A DNA stretch of 45,969 nucleotides. It comes from a virus. Lineage: Duplodnaviria > Caudoviricetes. Positions 43,784 to 45,969 of the stretch are shown here, piece by piece. Under the pieces are notes generated by a model. That model was not told where the DNA came from and made no database searches. It saw nothing but the letters and a program-made list of their open reading frames with translations. The DNA is taken from positions 1 through 45,969 of the IMG/VR virus record IMGVR_UViG_3300029822_000019. The stretch is one strand, 5' to 3'. Within the stretch, counting starts at the first letter, position 1; the number at the start of each line of letters is the position of its first letter. Position numbers and translations under genes: made by a program.

Positions 43784-45037
43784 CTAATTACGCCGCTTAA
43801 TTCCCCGTTTTTGTTTGTGCTTACTCATTTTTGAAGTAGCCAAATATCTCATTGGGTCAATACAGTGGTTGAACGCATCAACAGGTTTATTCAGTGTCTT
43901 GCCTGTTTTGTCCTTATCCCACATATATTTCCGAAGTTCCTTGATCATATTGGTACTACGTTTTGTGACGTAGAATTCTTCTTCCTGGAGCACATCAATG
44001 CCGAAGTTCACGGAGTCAGGTCCTTTGTCTGCAGGTTTGATCTTGAACCCATATCTATTGATCTCAGCGATGGACTTCGGCTCTGCAGAGTCTGCAATGA
44101 TGTAGTCAGTACCTCGAACCCCCAGGGACTTCATCATGTTGGCTATATCCCCGTTAGTCATACCTGTCTGGAAGATCAGCTCATCCCAAATGGTTTTGCC
44201 ATTCCAGTGATAGGCAGCGATGAGAGTAGTAGGGTCATTGGTATATCCAAAGTCGATCGCATAGCCAATAAGTCTGGCCTCCTTTGGTATATCATCCACC
44301 TGCCTCCAGTTCGTGAAGATAACACCCTCTAAAGTACCAACCAGACCAAGTCCGTAGACCTTCCACCAGTTGTGCCAGTAGTAGTTCTTTATATTGGATA
44401 TGTTCAGGAGGTCAGGCATCTCAAGGTTGGGATCAAAATAAGCCTTATCCTTGGCCTTCTCGATCTCCCTGATGATTGACTCAGATAAGGCCTCATTATC
44501 CCTATAGGTCAAGATCAGTTCTTCGAAGTCCGGATCATCATGGATTTCTGTATGATACCAGAATTCATTTGATGGATTGAAGTCAAGCCATATCGTATCA
44601 CTCGTACGTATGGACAACTGATGATAAGTCTCAAAGGGGATGTTGCTACACTCGTTGATGTACAGGATATTTCGTCGAGGTCCTCTCACTTTGCCTTCCT
44701 GATCGGCCGAGAAGAATTCAATATAGGAACCGTTCGCGAACGTGTACGTGAGGAGAGTCCTGTTGTAGTTGGCGTCGTTGTATCTTCCTGTCGCTTTCAT
44801 GATCTTGAGGAAGTCCTTCAATGCCCCTTTCCTTAAGTGCGGGATTGATTCAGATACGACAGAGATTTCAAGGCCCGGAGTCCTTGCAGCCTGATCGATC
44901 AATATGGGCAAGATCCCAAATGTCTTTCCTGCTGAAGTACCTCCAGGAACACCACGGATTCGCTTCTTTAGCTTCCGAAGCTTTTTGATTGCCGTGGTGT
45001 ACTGAAACCCATCGATCTTATTAATCGTCTTCGCCAT
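43784..45037 (-). CDS. terL: Terminase large subunit (PBSX-like)
   Basis: GGTSAGKT, YINEC, DFNP, IDFGYTNDP, ADSAEPK, NHCIDPMRY. Confidence 0.93.
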   Translation of the reverse strand: MAKTINKIDGFQYTTAIKKLRKLKKRIRGVPGGTSAGKTFGILPILIDQAARTPGLEISVVSESIPHLRKGALKDFLKIMKATGRYNDANYNRTLLTYTFANGSYIEFFSADQEGKVRGPRRNILYINECSNIPFETYHQLSIRTSDTIWLDFNPSNEFWYHTEIHDDPDFEELILTYRDNEALSESIIREIEKAKDKAYFDPNLEMPDLLNISNIKNYYWHNWWKVYGLGLVGTLEGVIFTNWRQVDDIPKEARLIGYAIDFGYTNDPTTLIAAYHWNGKTIWDELIFQTGMTNGDIANMMKSLGVRGTDYIIADSAEPKSIAEINRYGFKIKPADKGPDSVNFGIDVLQEEEFYVTKRSTNMIKELRKYMWDKDKTGKTLNKPVDAFNHCIDPMRYLATSKMSKHKQKRGIKRRN

Positions 45038-45512
45038 TTCCGAATAGGGGTTGTTCCTCTGTCACTCTGATCTGGGACTTATCAGCAAGGCCAAGATCTC
45101 TGGCAATGATGTTGGCGTTGAAAACTCCTGAGGCAGCTCCTTCGAACTTTTGTGAGTAGATGACAGAATCTATCGAGCGTATGACGTCGACAAACTCTCC
45201 ATATCTTCCATCTCGATTTAGTTTATAATCATCGATTCTGGCGATCCATCCTTGCTCACTTAAGTAGTCTTCAAAGCCCTGCCAGGTGAATGGTCTCATC
45301 TGTTTCAGCTGAACGATAGTTCCAGCCATCTCACCCCCTTTGATAAAATCCTGTTTGTAAAAATGGTTGTTCCGGGTGCGTTCAAAATACTCACATGCCA
45401 ACTCCCAAAGCTTCTTGGGGGTGAATGTTTTCGGCCTTCCTACAGGAGGATTCTTGGCCCTCCATTCCCAGTAGCCTTCGTCCCATGGATTCAATGTATT
45501 CTTCTTTGCCAT
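45021..45512 (-). CDS. terS: Terminase small subunit (P22 gp3-like)
   Basis: GRPKTF.P..LW....EYF, RPFT..G, QKFEGAA.GVFNANIIARDLGLADK. Confidence 0.85.
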   Translation of the reverse strand: MAKKNTLNPWDEGYWEWRAKNPPVGRPKTFTPKKLWELACEYFERTRNNHFYKQDFIKGGEMAGTIVQLKQMRPFTWQGFEDYLSEQGWIARIDDYKLNRDGRYGEFVDVIRSIDSVIYSQKFEGAASGVFNANIIARDLGLADKSQIRVTEEQPLFGNGEDD

Positions 45513-45537
45513 GATTTTACTATTATAAGTTTATTCG

Positions 45538-45545
45538 CAAAAGTA
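45538..45545 (-). promoter_or_regulatory. Possible -7 promoter element for terS
   Basis: TACTTTTG 25 nt upstream of the terS ATG. Confidence 0.5.
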
Positions 45546-45608
45546 CAGAATCTCTCTGAAGAAACTATGTTTCACGACCAATTTCCTTACTCCGTCCCCC
45601 TCCAGAAC

Positions 45609-45654
45609 CATTGACCACAATAGAAACAAAAATAAACATGTATTGTGGTCAATG
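45609..45654. repeat. Perfect 14-bp inverted repeat
   Basis: CATTGACCACAATA-18nt-TATTGTGGTCAATG. Confidence 0.85.
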
Positions 45655-45773
45655 TAACCTCCTGAATGTCAATTCATTTACCCCCTCTGTAAACAATGCC
45701 ACAATAAAAATGCCACAACATATATACACGTGAGCACGCGCGCACGCGTGCTATGCACCTAATTATTCCTATT

Positions 45774-45909
45774 TATTCTCTATATTCACTTATTTAGGTC
45801 TTCTATAGGAATTATTGTTTACATTGTTTATTTGGGGTCTAACGTACTGATTCACTGAGATTTGGATTGACCACAATGCATTGTTTACATTGTGTACAAT
45901 TGTGGACAG
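45774..45909 (+). repeat. 136-bp origin-like repeat, copy B
   Basis: Ungapped match to 22599-22734. Confidence 0.9.
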
Positions 45910-45969
45910 AGATGAGGCCCTCCAATTAGTACCCAAAGATGGATTTGAAGACCTGCCCGATCGATCCTC
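45870..45969 (+). repeat. Terminal direct repeat, copy 2
   Basis: Matches 1-100 except one base. Confidence 0.95.

Noticed and set aside
70-45614. Plus-strand ORFs and nested minus-strand ORFs in the track
   Set aside because: They shadow longer minus-strand genes with recognisable motifs and have no motifs of their own.
45870-45969. End repeat as physical terminal repeats
   Set aside because: A ~100-nt overlap running into a gene end is typical of circular assembly; a PBSX-like TerL suggests headful packaging. Cannot be decided without reads.
1-45969. Stop-codon reassignment
   Set aside because: Core genes are full length and tightly packed under the standard bacterial code.

Overview
The window looks like a complete (~45.87 kb unit length) tailed dsDNA phage genome, probably a siphovirus, with a ~100-nt end overlap (1-98 identical to 45870-45967). 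All credible genes are on the minus strand. A Bacteroidota host is inferred from TAnnTTTG-type promoters and structural proteins resembling those of Bacteroides phages. The 45.5-22.7 kb half encodes packaging, head, tail and lysis functions. The 22.4-0 kb half encodes an APSE-like replication module (Cas4-like nuclease, SSB, PolA, primase/VapE, VRR-NUC, SNF2), a nucleotide-metabolism/DNA-modification cluster and small early genes. I recognised no integrase, CRISPR array or reverse transcriptase. The best candidate for an undescribed system is the 4.9-13.5 kb pyrimidine-modification cluster. It contains a thymidylate-synthase paralogue with the dCMP-specifying Asp, alongside a separate ThyX. 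It also has a C5-cytosine-methyltransferase-fold protein with rewired motifs (PC->EC, ENV->DNL, motif X GN->GK) and a C-terminal 4-Cys cluster. An asparagine-synthetase-like amidotransferase, two or three dNTP pyrophosphatases and a DUF3310-like protein complete the set. Other oddities: a dCMP deaminase carrying an in-frame HNH-AP2 domain with no intein signature, two 136-bp origin-like repeats at opposite points of the genome, and a D-armless tRNA-like element. All family assignments come from motifs read by eye; no searches were run.
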